DNA from: an uncultured Gammaproteobacteria bacterium
GTDB lineage: Bacteria; Patescibacteriota; Microgenomatia; Levybacterales; GWA1-39-11
Length of the DNA: 64,000 nt
Assembly: GCA_964406795.1 (NCBI GenBank)
Contig: CAYOTA010000005.1
Span: 14,235-78,234, forward strand
Direction of reading: 5' to 3'
Shown: one piece after another, positions 30,687 to 40,769 of the stretch
How the letters are laid out: every line of letters starts with the position of its first letter
Position numbering within the stretch: position 1 is the stretch's first letter
Position numbers and translations under genes: made by a program
Notes under the pieces: model-generated
What the model was told of the DNA's origin: nothing
Databases searched by the model: none
The model's input: the letters and a program-made list of their open reading frames with translations, nothing else

Positions 30687-32771
30687 TTATGCAGCGGGAG
30701 CAAGAGTAGCGGCGGGTGCTGTAGCCGTTCCTACTGGTGGAGGCGTAGTTCGTTCTGAAAGCGATGTTGGCTCTGTCTTATGATCTTCTTTGTGGTCATC
30801 AGTAGCATGTTCATTTTTCTTTGCAAATAGTTCTTTGGTCGCAAATGCGCCTCCCAAAAGTAATCCTGCCGGTGGGTAAAAGATAGAAATAGCCAACCAC
30901 CAGCCAAATTTAGGATGCTTTTTAATAAAATCTATGGTTTTGCCTGCAAACCCTGCTTCCTTTTTCTTTTGCTCAAACCACTCTTTGTGCGCTTCCATTG
31001 CCGTTGAGATAGCATCTGCACCTAATACATTTTGCACCATTTCAGAGTCTCTCTCAGATAAAACACCGGCCTTTAGTGCCGTGGCAAGCAACTTATTCCT
31101 AACCGCAGGGATAACTTGATCCTTAAACTTAGGTGTTTGTAACATATTATCAATCTGGTCATCTGTATATACCCTCTCCATTACAGGCTTACCCTGTGCA
31201 TCGTACATAAGACTACCGGTAACGGGATCAATTGCGTGATTTTTTTCATTTTGAAGCATATTTTTAACTATCTCTTCGGGTCCTTTCTCCCCGTGTGTTT
31301 TTACAATATTTATGTCAGACTCTATTCTCTTTTTATCAAACCGCTCTACTTCCCCATGTCCCAGATTCTTTCCGCGTCTTAATTTTGGAATTTTAGAAAG
31401 CTTCGAGTCTTCTATTTTTCTCCATCTTCCATCCCGTGCCTGCTCCAAAACCTTCTTTGCCGCAGGGTTAACTTCATCATCAATCATTTTCTGGTATGCC
31501 TCTTCCTCCAAACCTGCTGCTTTTAGTATGCGCTGTTCATAAAGTTTTTTAACCGCATCTTTCATAATCCCCTGCGCATCTTTTACATATTTATCCGCCT
31601 CTTCAAGCTTTGCGGTATCTAGATCTCCATTTAAAGTTGCGTGCTCAACTGCAGCAGCAACACGTTCAGTTTTTAATCGTAAGTCTTCTTGATATTGTCT
31701 GTTAACTTCTGCCTTGAGTCCTGTCTCCTCCGCAGCTAAGGCATCTCTTTTTGTAGCTACTCTATCATATTCTGGCAAAATAAGCTCCGCCTCTTCCAAG
31801 ACCCCTGACGCAGTATCTATTTGATCCTGAACGCCCTTTAATTCTGCAGCCTTTGCAGCAGCATTGTATGTTGTACCAGGTCCTCCCACGGGCTTTTCCA
31901 TAATTGCCGTATACTTATCCTTCAAATTCTGTAACTTTAATTCATTCGTACTCTTTGAAGCCCGCATTGCAGCGATGTCAGCCCCACCCTTTCCTACCCC
32001 AGCTAAATACGCTGATACCTTACCCTCTTCGGCCATTAATTCGAATGCTTTAGGCCCCGGCACCGGAACTCCCCCTACAATTGGTGCTGCAAATTCATTT
32101 AGTTTTTTATTAGTTTCCGCAGATGCAGCATTGTTTGCTTTAATGCTCTCATCAATGGCGTCTACTTTTGCTTTTGCTTCGTCTACCTTTGCCTGTGCCT
32201 CAATTGTCTTTTGGCTTACTACTCGCTCTCGACCAAAGACTTCGTTATATTGTTTTGCATATGAGGCCTTTAGGTCACCTGAATCATCCAAGTTTCCTAA
32301 AGTGCCCATAATGAAAGCATCCAAAGCCGCTGGATCTCCGGCATATTCATCCAATAATGGTTTTGTTTCAGGTATTTCTTTAAGCGCATCGTGCGCACCC
32401 TTACGCATTACATCTTTTTCTGCTATGGTAAGACTTGTAAAGTCTTTCTGAATAATGTTCCTGGCAACCTCTTCTGCATTGCTTACATCTGTGTACCTTA
32501 TTGTCTCGTCTGCCGTTCTCGTAACTGCCCCTTTTGAATCTACGGTCCCAATATTTTGGTTTATGTTTTCTCTCGCGGCTGCTTCGTCGATTTTTACTCC
32601 ACGAGCTCGAGCCATAATTTCATGCGGACTCATATGCTTCGTATCGGCATGGAACCTGTCAGCAACACGCTTGTGGTGCGCTGCTTCTTGCGCATCAGCG
32701 CCCGTGCGCGCCTCGGCGCCTACTCCGGCTCTTACTATATTATTTATTCTTTTTTCTGTATTAAGTGTCAT
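30687..32771 (-). CDS. Coiled-coil-rich hypothetical protein, C-terminally tail-anchored with Pro/Thr/Ala-rich end
   Basis: 694-aa ORF. TM WWLAISIFYPPAGLLLGGAFA near the C-terminus. Confidence 0.5.
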   Translation of the reverse strand: MTLNTEKRINNIVRAGVGAEARTGADAQEAAHHKRVADRFHADTKHMSPHEIMARARGVKIDEAAARENINQNIGTVDSKGAVTRTADETIRYTDVSNAEEVARNIIQKDFTSLTIAEKDVMRKGAHDALKEIPETKPLLDEYAGDPAALDAFIMGTLGNLDDSGDLKASYAKQYNEVFGRERVVSQKTIEAQAKVDEAKAKVDAIDESIKANNAASAETNKKLNEFAAPIVGGVPVPGPKAFELMAEEGKVSAYLAGVGKGGADIAAMRASKSTNELKLQNLKDKYTAIMEKPVGGPGTTYNAAAKAAELKGVQDQIDTASGVLEEAELILPEYDRVATKRDALAAEETGLKAEVNRQYQEDLRLKTERVAAAVEHATLNGDLDTAKLEEADKYVKDAQGIMKDAVKKLYEQRILKAAGLEEEAYQKMIDDEVNPAAKKVLEQARDGRWRKIEDSKLSKIPKLRRGKNLGHGEVERFDKKRIESDINIVKTHGEKGPEEIVKNMLQNEKNHAIDPVTGSLMYDAQGKPVMERVYTDDQIDNMLQTPKFKDQVIPAVRNKLLATALKAGVLSERDSEMVQNVLGADAISTAMEAHKEWFEQKKKEAGFAGKTIDFIKKHPKFGWWLAISIFYPPAGLLLGGAFATKELFAKKNEHATDDHKEDHKTEPTSLSERTTPPPVGTATAPAATLAPAA

Positions 32772-32775
32772 ATGT

Positions 32776-33105
32776 TTATGCTGCTTTTATTGCAGCTAGT
32801 GCTGACTCTACATTTCCTTCTTTTGCATGTGCTTGAGCTTGTGTTATAGCCTTCATTTCTCCTACATGCTGAATTTCACCTTCTAAAAATCTCTCTATTG
32901 GGAGGAAAAACTGCCATTTGGTCGCTAATTCTTCCAGAAACACCCGCATTTCTTCTTGAGTTTTAACGGTGTCTATTTTTTTGAGTACAAAATCCGCTAT
33001 CACACTTAAATCGTACTCTCTTATAGCTCCCGCCTCAAGTGCATCTATTGACGTGTCTACAATCATTTTCTCAATTTTTTTCTTTTCCTCTGGTGTTACT
33101 TCCAT
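32776..33105 (-). CDS. Small hypothetical protein
   Basis: Start trimmed to MEVTPEEKKK because the longer listed ORF would overlap the convergent four-helix-bundle gene. Confidence 0.35.
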   Translation of the reverse strand: MEVTPEEKKKIEKMIVDTSIDALEAGAIREYDLSVIADFVLKKIDTVKTQEEMRVFLEELATKWQFFLPIERFLEGEIQHVGEMKAITQAQAHAKEGNVESALAAIKAA

Positions 33106-33336
33106 GGTACTATTGTATAGTTTCCTAAATGATCCTTCTTGACAGAAAGACAACGCTTCTTTCACAAGCGCCTCACAACTTAATATTACGGAAAAGCTTA
33201 TAAGAAAGTCAACGCTATTTTCACACCAGGCACAAAAACTCTTTTTTTTGACCCATTTTGATGATCTTGCATGCAAATGTTTCACGAGGTAAGCTGAATA
33301 GTAGAAATTGCTTGATTGCTTTCTTGTTAGATTGTT

Positions 33337-33717
33337 ATGGAAAATACTCAATACCTTACTGTTGAAAAGCTTTCGTGCTACAAAAGGTCGTTTGAGTTGT
33401 CGAATTATGTGTGGGGCTTGGTTATAAAATGGCACACTCTCGCAAGACACACTATTGGCGCACAACTTATACGCTCTACCGACTCTATATCAGCGAATAT
33501 TGCTGAAGGATTTGGAAGATACTCAAAAAAAGACAAGACTAAGTTTTATTATATTGGGTATGCCTCCACACTGGAATCTGTAGACTGGACTAAGAAAGCT
33601 TTCGCAAGACATGTCGTAACCAAAGAAGAGTTTGATCACATTGTAATAGAGTTGTCTGCCTTGCCTAAAGAAATTCACCAGTTGATTAATTTTACAAATA
33701 AAAAGCTAACGATATAA
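33337..33717 (+). CDS. Four-helix-bundle protein (second paralog)
   Basis: GAQLIRSTDSISANIAEGFGRYSKKDKTKFYYIGYASTLES matches the conserved block of this family. Confidence 0.7.
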   Translation: MENTQYLTVEKLSCYKRSFELSNYVWGLVIKWHTLARHTIGAQLIRSTDSISANIAEGFGRYSKKDKTKFYYIGYASTLESVDWTKKAFARHVVTKEEFDHIVIELSALPKEIHQLINFTNKKLTI

Positions 33718-33808
33718 CGCAAGTATTTGCTACCTTACTAAACGGCTTGTCTGCTATTTTAAACAATTTTAGCAATGCAGCAATTAGACAATTAATTTAT
33801 TTATATTT

Positions 33809-34984
33809 ATGGAGAACCACCCAATCCCACAAGACGTTACCGGATTTAAATTTAGACTTATAGGATCTATAACGCTCAAGCAGTTTTTGTATTTACTAGG
33901 TGCCGGCGGAATAGATCTTGCCCTCTACTTTTTGCCTATCCCAATATTTGTCAAGATTCCCTTAATGGTAATTCCAGCAATTATTGCACTTGGTCTCGCA
34001 TTTGTGCCAATTGACGGACGACCCATGGACAAAATGATCATGAATTTTTTGCGTGCGCTACCTGCTGAAAACGAATTCATTTTTAGGAAAAAAGGTGCTG
34101 ATATGCCCTACTTTGATTTCCAGGCGCCTGTCAGGGCAAAAACAAGTGTTCCGGCACCAGATTCCCGTGCGTCTCAAAAAGCAATTTTATTTAGTCAACT
34201 TTCAAAGTCATACTTCAACGCAGATGAAGACGAACAGCAGGGGATTCAAAATGTAACGTCTTTGTTCCAAACAGGTGGCGCCCCAACAGCGGGTTTTGTA
34301 AACAGAGTAATTAAGGCTGATGAGGCACCAGCTGCAACAGCTCCAGTTCCATTACCACAGGCTCCTTTAGATGAAGCGTCAACCCAAATCACAGACCTGG
34401 CAAAACCAGTTATGCCTTCTGAAATTGCAAAATCTACACAGACACCAAATGCCAGCGCCCCAGCTCCATTACCAAAAGAGGTTGCACCTGCTGCAGAACC
34501 TGTACCCACTCCACTGCCATCTCCAGCACCCTTGGAAAACCTTGTGATTGAAGCTCAACCCACCACCCAACCAGTAATGCAAACCGTAGTACAAGTGGCA
34601 GCTGTGCCACAAGATGTCCAAGAAGCACCCAACACAACACAACCTGTCTCTACCGCCCCGCGCGCGTCCTATGAGGCACCAAATGTTATAGAAGGAATTG
34701 TGCGTGACCCCCGCGGCAAACCGCTTCCTCATGTAATTGTGGAGATCCTGGATGAAAACAACATTCCAAAACGCACATTCAGAACAGGACAAAACGGTAT
34801 GTTTATATCGGCAACCGCCATGGCACCCGGCACATACACTATTCACCTAGAGGACACGCTTAAAAAGCAGGATTTTACAGATAAAACAATTGAGGTTAAC
34901 GGATCAGTGCTTCCCGTTATTGAAATAACGTCAGTAGATCAGCGGGAAAAATTACGCCGAGAATTATTTGGACAAACTATATGA
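33809..34984 (+). CDS. PrgI/VirB3-like membrane protein with long Pro/Ala-rich linker and C-terminal beta-sandwich-like domain
   Basis: The N-terminus FKFRLIGSITLKQFLYLLGAGGIDLALYFLPIP...IPAIIALGLAFVPIDGRPMDKMIMNFLRAL resembles the PrgI family as I recall it. The gene lies upstream of the VirB4-like genes. Confidence 0.45.
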   Translation: MENHPIPQDVTGFKFRLIGSITLKQFLYLLGAGGIDLALYFLPIPIFVKIPLMVIPAIIALGLAFVPIDGRPMDKMIMNFLRALPAENEFIFRKKGADMPYFDFQAPVRAKTSVPAPDSRASQKAILFSQLSKSYFNADEDEQQGIQNVTSLFQTGGAPTAGFVNRVIKADEAPAATAPVPLPQAPLDEASTQITDLAKPVMPSEIAKSTQTPNASAPAPLPKEVAPAAEPVPTPLPSPAPLENLVIEAQPTTQPVMQTVVQVAAVPQDVQEAPNTTQPVSTAPRASYEAPNVIEGIVRDPRGKPLPHVIVEILDENNIPKRTFRTGQNGMFISATAMAPGTYTIHLEDTLKKQDFTDKTIEVNGSVLPVIEITSVDQREKLRRELFGQTI

Positions 34985-35017
34985 GCAAGAAGGATGTTTC
35001 ATCCATAATTTAAAATT

Positions 35018-35626
35018 ATGTCTAAAATTAAATCGACTACACAACAATTTATTGAGATCGAAGATATTCACGATGAAGTGGTGCTTTTAAGAGGACGCAA
35101 TGCCTGCTCTATCTTGGAAGTTTCCAGTGTTAACTTCTTTTTACTCTCTCAAGACGAACAAAACGCACGCGTGTATGGCTACATGTCGCTTTTGAATTCT
35201 TTGTCATTTGCAATTCAAATAGTGATTATTTCCAAACGCATAGATTTGACCTCTTATCTGGGCTCTCTAGATCACAAAATATCAGTTACTCAAAACGCCA
35301 GGGTGTCTGAGCATTTACGCTTATACCGCGATTTTATCCAAGAACTTATTAAAGACGCTGGTCTATTGGACAAAAAAACGTATGTGGTAATTCCTTTTAC
35401 ATCCCTTGAGTTAGGACCTACTGTCGGCAAAAAAGACTATGCCCAGCGGGTAAATGATTCCATTGCCACCAAACGCACAAACGTTATGACACAAATTGAA
35501 AGAATTGGTCTTTCCAGCAGAGTGCTTAAGGCCGAAGAATTATCCCGCGTGTTTTTTGAGCTGTTTAACCAACAAAATATCACAACTGACTTTAGCTCAA
35601 GCGACATTAAGAACATAATCATCTAA
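35018..35626 (+). CDS. VirB4/TraC-family N-terminal domain encoded as a separate ORF
   Basis: TTQQFIEIEDIHDEVVLLRGRNACSILEVSSVNFFLLSQDEQNARVYGYMSLLNSL parallels the N-terminus of Gram-positive VirB4 homologs such as Tn916 Orf16 (QQTIPYREMLKDGICRVNDKLYTKTIRFFDINYQLAQNEDKNAIF). Confidence 0.5.
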   Translation: MSKIKSTTQQFIEIEDIHDEVVLLRGRNACSILEVSSVNFFLLSQDEQNARVYGYMSLLNSLSFAIQIVIISKRIDLTSYLGSLDHKISVTQNARVSEHLRLYRDFIQELIKDAGLLDKKTYVVIPFTSLELGPTVGKKDYAQRVNDSIATKRTNVMTQIERIGLSSRVLKAEELSRVFFELFNQQNITTDFSSSDIKNIII

Positions 35627-35712
35627 ATTTATCTAACAACTAACAGGTCTCATCTAAAATTGATGGAAAAAATAAATGATAGATTATAGATAATACATAA
35701 TAAATTAAATAT

Positions 35713-37878
35713 ATGTTTGGAATAGGTAAAAAAAATAAAAAACAACAGGCACAGCAGGTTGCAGCGCCACTTGTAGCTGGACAGCCAGTTAAACCAGGAG
35801 CAGTGCCTGCTGCTGCAGGAACTATGATGCCGCAAAAAGCGGCACAGACAGCACTGAATCAAGGCATTCAAACCTTGAAACAAGGCTCGGTGTCACTTGT
35901 GGACCTTATTGCGCCCTCATCTGTTGAAGTGGATTTTAAAAACATCCGCGTAGGAGATGCATTTTATAGAACGTTTATTGTAGTAGATTATCCGCGTGAA
36001 GTGTCCCCGAGCTGGCTATCTGTTTTAATTGACTACAAAGAAACCATGAATATCTCTATGTTTGTGTATCCTGTCGAAAGTAAGGATATTTTGTCCAACT
36101 TACGACGCAAGGTTGCAGAAATGGAAGCAACACTTGAGTCTGACGCCAAAAACGGAATTGAATCAGATCCTAAAGTACGTGCTGCACTTGAAGACGCAAT
36201 TGCGCTGCGTGAAGAGTTGGCCCGCGGCCTAGAACGATTCTTTCAGTTTGGACTCTATATAACGCTTTCAGCCAAAAGTATTGAGGAGCTGGATCGCAAA
36301 ACAAATGAATTAACATCACTGCTTGCCTCCAACTTGCTTGTCATTAAACCCGCTACTCTTCAGATGGAAGATGGGTTTAAAACAACGCTTCCAATTGGGC
36401 AAGATAAATTATTTGTAACTCGCAACATGGATACCACGTCAGTTGCGTCCACCTTCCCGTTTACGTCATATGAAATTTCGCATCCTAATGGTATTTTTTA
36501 CGGTGTTAACACCCTCAACAACTCACTTGTAATAGTTGACCGATTTTCGTTTGAAAACGCAAATTCTGTGGTTTTTGGAAAATCAGGATCAGGAAAATCA
36601 TTCTTGGTAAAACTTGAGATTTTGCGCCAAATGATGTTTGACGCAGAAATATTAATTATTGATCCGGAAGATGAATACAGAACCTTGTCTCACGCACTGG
36701 ACGGAGAATACATTTCATTTTCCAAAGACTCTGAAGTGCGCATAAACCCTTTTGCACTGTTATCAGATGATAGAACTGAGGCACAATTGGGTATTAAAAT
36801 ACTGTCTCTTCACTCACTTCTCAAAACCATGTTAGGTGCCTTTTCGCCAACACAGGAAGCAATTCTTGACCGCTCGCTTGTTCTAACATACAAGCAAAAA
36901 GGAATAACACCGGATCCTGCAACTTACTCAAACGAAGCACCAATTCTGGAAGATCTGTATAAAACTCTTTTAAACGTGGAAGAACCGGAAGCAAAAGACC
37001 TAGCGTTTAGACTGGAAAAATATGTAAAAGGAGGATTTGCAGGGCTGCTCAATGCCCAGACAAATTATGACGTTAAAAACCAGCTGACAGTGTTTTCCAT
37101 AAAACAGCTTGAAGACGCCCTGCGCCCTGTGGCAATGCAGGTTATTTTGGACTTTATTTGGAACAGAGTCAGAACAAAACTCAAGAAAAGAATCCTGATT
37201 GTAGATGAGGCTTGGTACTTAATGCGAAATCCAGACTCTGCCGCTTTTCTCCAGGGAATTGCAAAACGTGCACGCAAATATTACCTAGGTGTGACGACTT
37301 TAACTCAGGATATTGAAGACTTTTTGTCATCAGACTATGGGAAGGCAATTTTGTCCAATTCCTCTATGCAAATACTGCTAAAACAGAATTCATCAGAGGT
37401 TGAAGTGCTTGCTTCCACCCTAAATCTATCTGAAGGAGAAAAACAGTTTTTGCTAACCGCCCAGGTGGGTGAAGGACTCTTTTTTGCAGGACAAAATCAC
37501 ATAACCGCGCAGTTCTTGGCTTCTAACTTTGAGTACCAGCTTATTACGTCAAAGCCGCAAGATATTTTAGATGAAGAAAGCAGAAACCTGCCTCCACAAG
37601 CGGAACAAATTATACAGGCTGACGCACAAACTCAAGCAACAGTTGAACAGCCAGTGACTCCTCCTCAACCTCTTGCGCCTGCGCCTGCGCCGGGTATTCA
37701 AGCACCTGAGGTAGCCTATGAGGCGCCACAAATTGTACCGGCAAATCCAGAACAGCCTATTGCACAACCTCAACCTGCCGTTCAGCCCGCTACGCCTCAA
37801 CCAGCCGCACCTGTGCAAAACCCTACTCCGCCAATACAACCGGGCCCGCAACCTGTGGAGCCAACTACTCCTAGATAA
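35713..37878 (+). CDS. VirB4/TrbE/CagE-like T4SS ATPase (ATPase part) with Pro/Gln-rich C-terminal tail
   Basis: LIAPSSVEVDFKNIRVGDAFYRTFIVVDYPREVSPSWLSVLIDY. Walker A VVFGKSGSGKSFLVK. Walker B ILIVDEAWYLM (DEAW). Confidence 0.7.
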   Translation: MFGIGKKNKKQQAQQVAAPLVAGQPVKPGAVPAAAGTMMPQKAAQTALNQGIQTLKQGSVSLVDLIAPSSVEVDFKNIRVGDAFYRTFIVVDYPREVSPSWLSVLIDYKETMNISMFVYPVESKDILSNLRRKVAEMEATLESDAKNGIESDPKVRAALEDAIALREELARGLERFFQFGLYITLSAKSIEELDRKTNELTSLLASNLLVIKPATLQMEDGFKTTLPIGQDKLFVTRNMDTTSVASTFPFTSYEISHPNGIFYGVNTLNNSLVIVDRFSFENANSVVFGKSGSGKSFLVKLEILRQMMFDAEILIIDPEDEYRTLSHALDGEYISFSKDSEVRINPFALLSDDRTEAQLGIKILSLHSLLKTMLGAFSPTQEAILDRSLVLTYKQKGITPDPATYSNEAPILEDLYKTLLNVEEPEAKDLAFRLEKYVKGGFAGLLNAQTNYDVKNQLTVFSIKQLEDALRPVAMQVILDFIWNRVRTKLKKRILIVDEAWYLMRNPDSAAFLQGIAKRARKYYLGVTTLTQDIEDFLSSDYGKAILSNSSMQILLKQNSSEVEVLASTLNLSEGEKQFLLTAQVGEGLFFAGQNHITAQFLASNFEYQLITSKPQDILDEESRNLPPQAEQIIQADAQTQATVEQPVTPPQPLAPAPAPGIQAPEVAYEAPQIVPANPEQPIAQPQPAVQPATPQPAAPVQNPTPPIQPGPQPVEPTTPR

Positions 37879-37880
37879 GT

Positions 37881-40769
37881 ATGGCAACAGCAACGACAGA
37901 TACTACAAGGCTTCGTGAGCAAATTAAGAGCTTAGAGCTTGATGACATTGCAATAGAAAGAGAAGTTAGAAAAGGATTATTAACTATTGAGGAAGGCAAA
38001 AAAAGAAAAGCCGAAATTGACACGCAACGAAGCAAAATAAGCAAAGAACTACAACACGCAGAAACAGAAACTCCCCATGATGAAAAAAAACATAAAGATG
38101 ACAAGCATGAAAAGGAACAACTAATACCGAATAAACAAACCGAGGAGGCAGAGGCTGATACCGTTACTAGCCCTACAAGCTCATCGACCACTGAAGTTAC
38201 TGAAAACATATCTACCACCCAACCAACTACTACCATAACTGCTTCGCCAGGTTCTGATTCTCCTTCCACGTCAGCTGTGAACCTAACACCAGCTTTCTCA
38301 TCCTCTACAACGCAAGATGTGCCCATAGATTCTCCGCCTCAAAATCAAACACCCAAAATAACGTATAGTGAGCCAAAACCTACAACACTCCCTCTAAATA
38401 CACAAAGCTCGACATCAGACGAATTAGCACCAACTATTCAAAAGGCAACTTCTGCCACCGAGATTAAAACAGCTCCTTTTGCAGTACAGCCCCCAACCCC
38501 AATTGCAAAGCGAACTATTTTAAAGGCAATTGGAAAAGCAGCCCTACAAAAAACCGGAAGTGTTTATAAATATACTCCGCTTGGATTTTTAGTTGGACAA
38601 CTTGATCTTGGAGAAAAAGAACGAGAATTTGCAAAAAACACCACAAAAACTATTCTTTCAGCACCTAAAACTCTCACAAAAGCATCAAGTAATGCTGCCA
38701 AAACTGGCGCCTTAACAGCCCTTAAATATACACCTGGAGGATTACTGTGGGAGCACTTAGTTCCGGAGAGTATAAAAACAAACATAAAAGCGGCACTGCA
38801 CACGAATTTTATTAAGAACCCTCCCCTGAAAATAGATATAAAAGGAACAACCAAATCCGGGGGCAAAAAAGCCATTAATAATTATTCAAAATTCTATAAA
38901 TATACCCCGCTTGGTCTGATTTGGAAAAGTTTTGTTCCTAAGTCAACCCAGGATATGTTGGGGGGTATTGCTAAAAATCCTAAAACAATCACTCAAAATA
39001 AATTTAAGGAAGTCAAAAATAAACAAACACAAGTAGTCAAAAGTGCTTCTAAATCTGTGTTCGGGAAGTACGCCAGTGCCTATAAGAAATATACCCCTCT
39101 TGGTCTACTTTATAAGGCCATTCCTGAGGACAAAAAACAAAAAGCCAAAAAATCTATTAAATCAGCCAAGGAATACCAAAAGGCATGGAACAAAGGAATT
39201 GTATCCAAAGCGCTTAAAAAGGGGTATGACAGGCTTGGTCTGCTTCAAAAGATTAGAAATTCAAAGGTTTGGCAGTCAAAAGCATGGAAATATGGAAAAT
39301 ATGCTGTTTCCCCACTGGGGGCTGCCATGTATGACCGCAAACAGTATCTAAAAAAACAGAATCAAAAAGTACAAAGCGGACAAACACTTCCACCTTCAAA
39401 ACTAAGATCTGCACTACAGGGGAAAAATCCATATGCTGAATGGACTTCTCCCAAAAGTCTTTCCAACAAATTCTGGAATAAAGCTTGGAATAAATTTGGA
39501 ACACCGGGTGCGGGAAATGTAAATAATGCATTGGGACGAAAGATAGGAAATAAGGCGGGTGGGAAAGCAGCCAAGAAAGTGGGCCAACAACTGGCAAAAA
39601 AGGCTGTTCAAACTGCTGTTCAAACTGGTGCACGCGCGCTTATTTTTAACCCCGTAACGCTTGGTTTTATTGGAATTGCAGTGCTCGTACTAATTGCAGC
39701 AATAACCCTTATCATAATAATTTCATCCATTATGGGGGGCGGAGACTCTGGAGGCGGTAATGGAAATGATGAGGAAAATAACGGCAATACTCCTGTTGCA
39801 AACCCCATTCCCGGTTTTACTCTGACACTTACGGGCCCGCCTTCCATTAACACCTGCGGTGACACAAGCGCCCCGGAGTGTGTTATTGAATACTCAGCAA
39901 CCTATTCACAGCCGCAACAAGGCACAAGGCTTGATACTATTACGGTCTACAATGATCTTCCCACCAATACAGAGTTTGTGAGCGCAGGTCCAACAGCAGA
40001 GTACGACGCTAACGCTAAAAGAGTGTCGTGGAAACTCTCTGATACAACAAACGCATCACCACTTATAGTAAGGCTCAGACCAACACAAAATAATATTCGA
40101 GTGAATAATACGGTGTATGCTCTCGCAACACCTGCGGGAGGCGGTATGATTGCGCCGCCATCAGACAGTTTGGTTGCAACCTTTGAGGCAGCGGCAAGAG
40201 AATACAATGTCCCATCAGCTCTCACGCGCGCTATTGCAAAAACAGAAAGTGGAGCACACGACACATACAGTAACGATGACTTTACAACTTTTAATCAGTC
40301 TGGCTGGTTTACAGGTCTTGCTGATGATGCCCCAACCAAAGACCAGCTCCCGGAACTAATTCAGCGTGGATATGCTTATAATACGTGCGCCTATCCAAAA
40401 AGTAACCCAATTTGCCCTGGTTCTGATGTAAGGGGAATAACGCAATTTCTCAATACTACTTGGGATAGTGTTAAAGATAGGATTCCTACTATAAGTGGTG
40501 CCTCGGGAGACAGAAGATACGCAACTGATGCAGTATATGGCCAAGCAAGACACACACGGGATATAATAGAGAGATATGATGGAGATTTTGGCTTTAGCAA
40601 CAACCCCACAGACTTTACTGAAGCACAGGTTAGGGCGATTGCCATATCCTATTGTGCGGGCAATCCCTTCGCAAATATTAATGTGCCTGCCTGTAGTAAT
40701 ACTAGCGGAACATATGACACTAAAGTCTGGAATTTTTATCAAGAAATAAGAGCAACACAAAACCAATGA
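37881..40769 (+). CDS. 962-aa protein with four distinct regions and a VirB1-like lytic transglycosylase C-terminus
   Basis: Regions in order: a coiled-coil plus Ser/Thr-rich segment; Lys-rich internal repeats containing KYTPLG; a TM helix LGFIGIAVLVLIAAITLIIIISSIMGG; and a C-terminal SLT-like domain with LTRAIAKTESGAHD...GITQFLNTTW. Confidence 0.55.
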   Translation: MATATTDTTRLREQIKSLELDDIAIEREVRKGLLTIEEGKKRKAEIDTQRSKISKELQHAETETPHDEKKHKDDKHEKEQLIPNKQTEEAEADTVTSPTSSSTTEVTENISTTQPTTTITASPGSDSPSTSAVNLTPAFSSSTTQDVPIDSPPQNQTPKITYSEPKPTTLPLNTQSSTSDELAPTIQKATSATEIKTAPFAVQPPTPIAKRTILKAIGKAALQKTGSVYKYTPLGFLVGQLDLGEKEREFAKNTTKTILSAPKTLTKASSNAAKTGALTALKYTPGGLLWEHLVPESIKTNIKAALHTNFIKNPPLKIDIKGTTKSGGKKAINNYSKFYKYTPLGLIWKSFVPKSTQDMLGGIAKNPKTITQNKFKEVKNKQTQVVKSASKSVFGKYASAYKKYTPLGLLYKAIPEDKKQKAKKSIKSAKEYQKAWNKGIVSKALKKGYDRLGLLQKIRNSKVWQSKAWKYGKYAVSPLGAAMYDRKQYLKKQNQKVQSGQTLPPSKLRSALQGKNPYAEWTSPKSLSNKFWNKAWNKFGTPGAGNVNNALGRKIGNKAGGKAAKKVGQQLAKKAVQTAVQTGARALIFNPVTLGFIGIAVLVLIAAITLIIIISSIMGGGDSGGGNGNDEENNGNTPVANPIPGFTLTLTGPPSINTCGDTSAPECVIEYSATYSQPQQGTRLDTITVYNDLPTNTEFVSAGPTAEYDANAKRVSWKLSDTTNASPLIVRLRPTQNNIRVNNTVYALATPAGGGMIAPPSDSLVATFEAAAREYNVPSALTRAIAKTESGAHDTYSNDDFTTFNQSGWFTGLADDAPTKDQLPELIQRGYAYNTCAYPKSNPICPGSDVRGITQFLNTTWDSVKDRIPTISGASGDRRYATDAVYGQARHTRDIIERYDGDFGFSNNPTDFTEAQVRAIAISYCAGNPFANINVPACSNTSGTYDTKVWNFYQEIRATQNQ

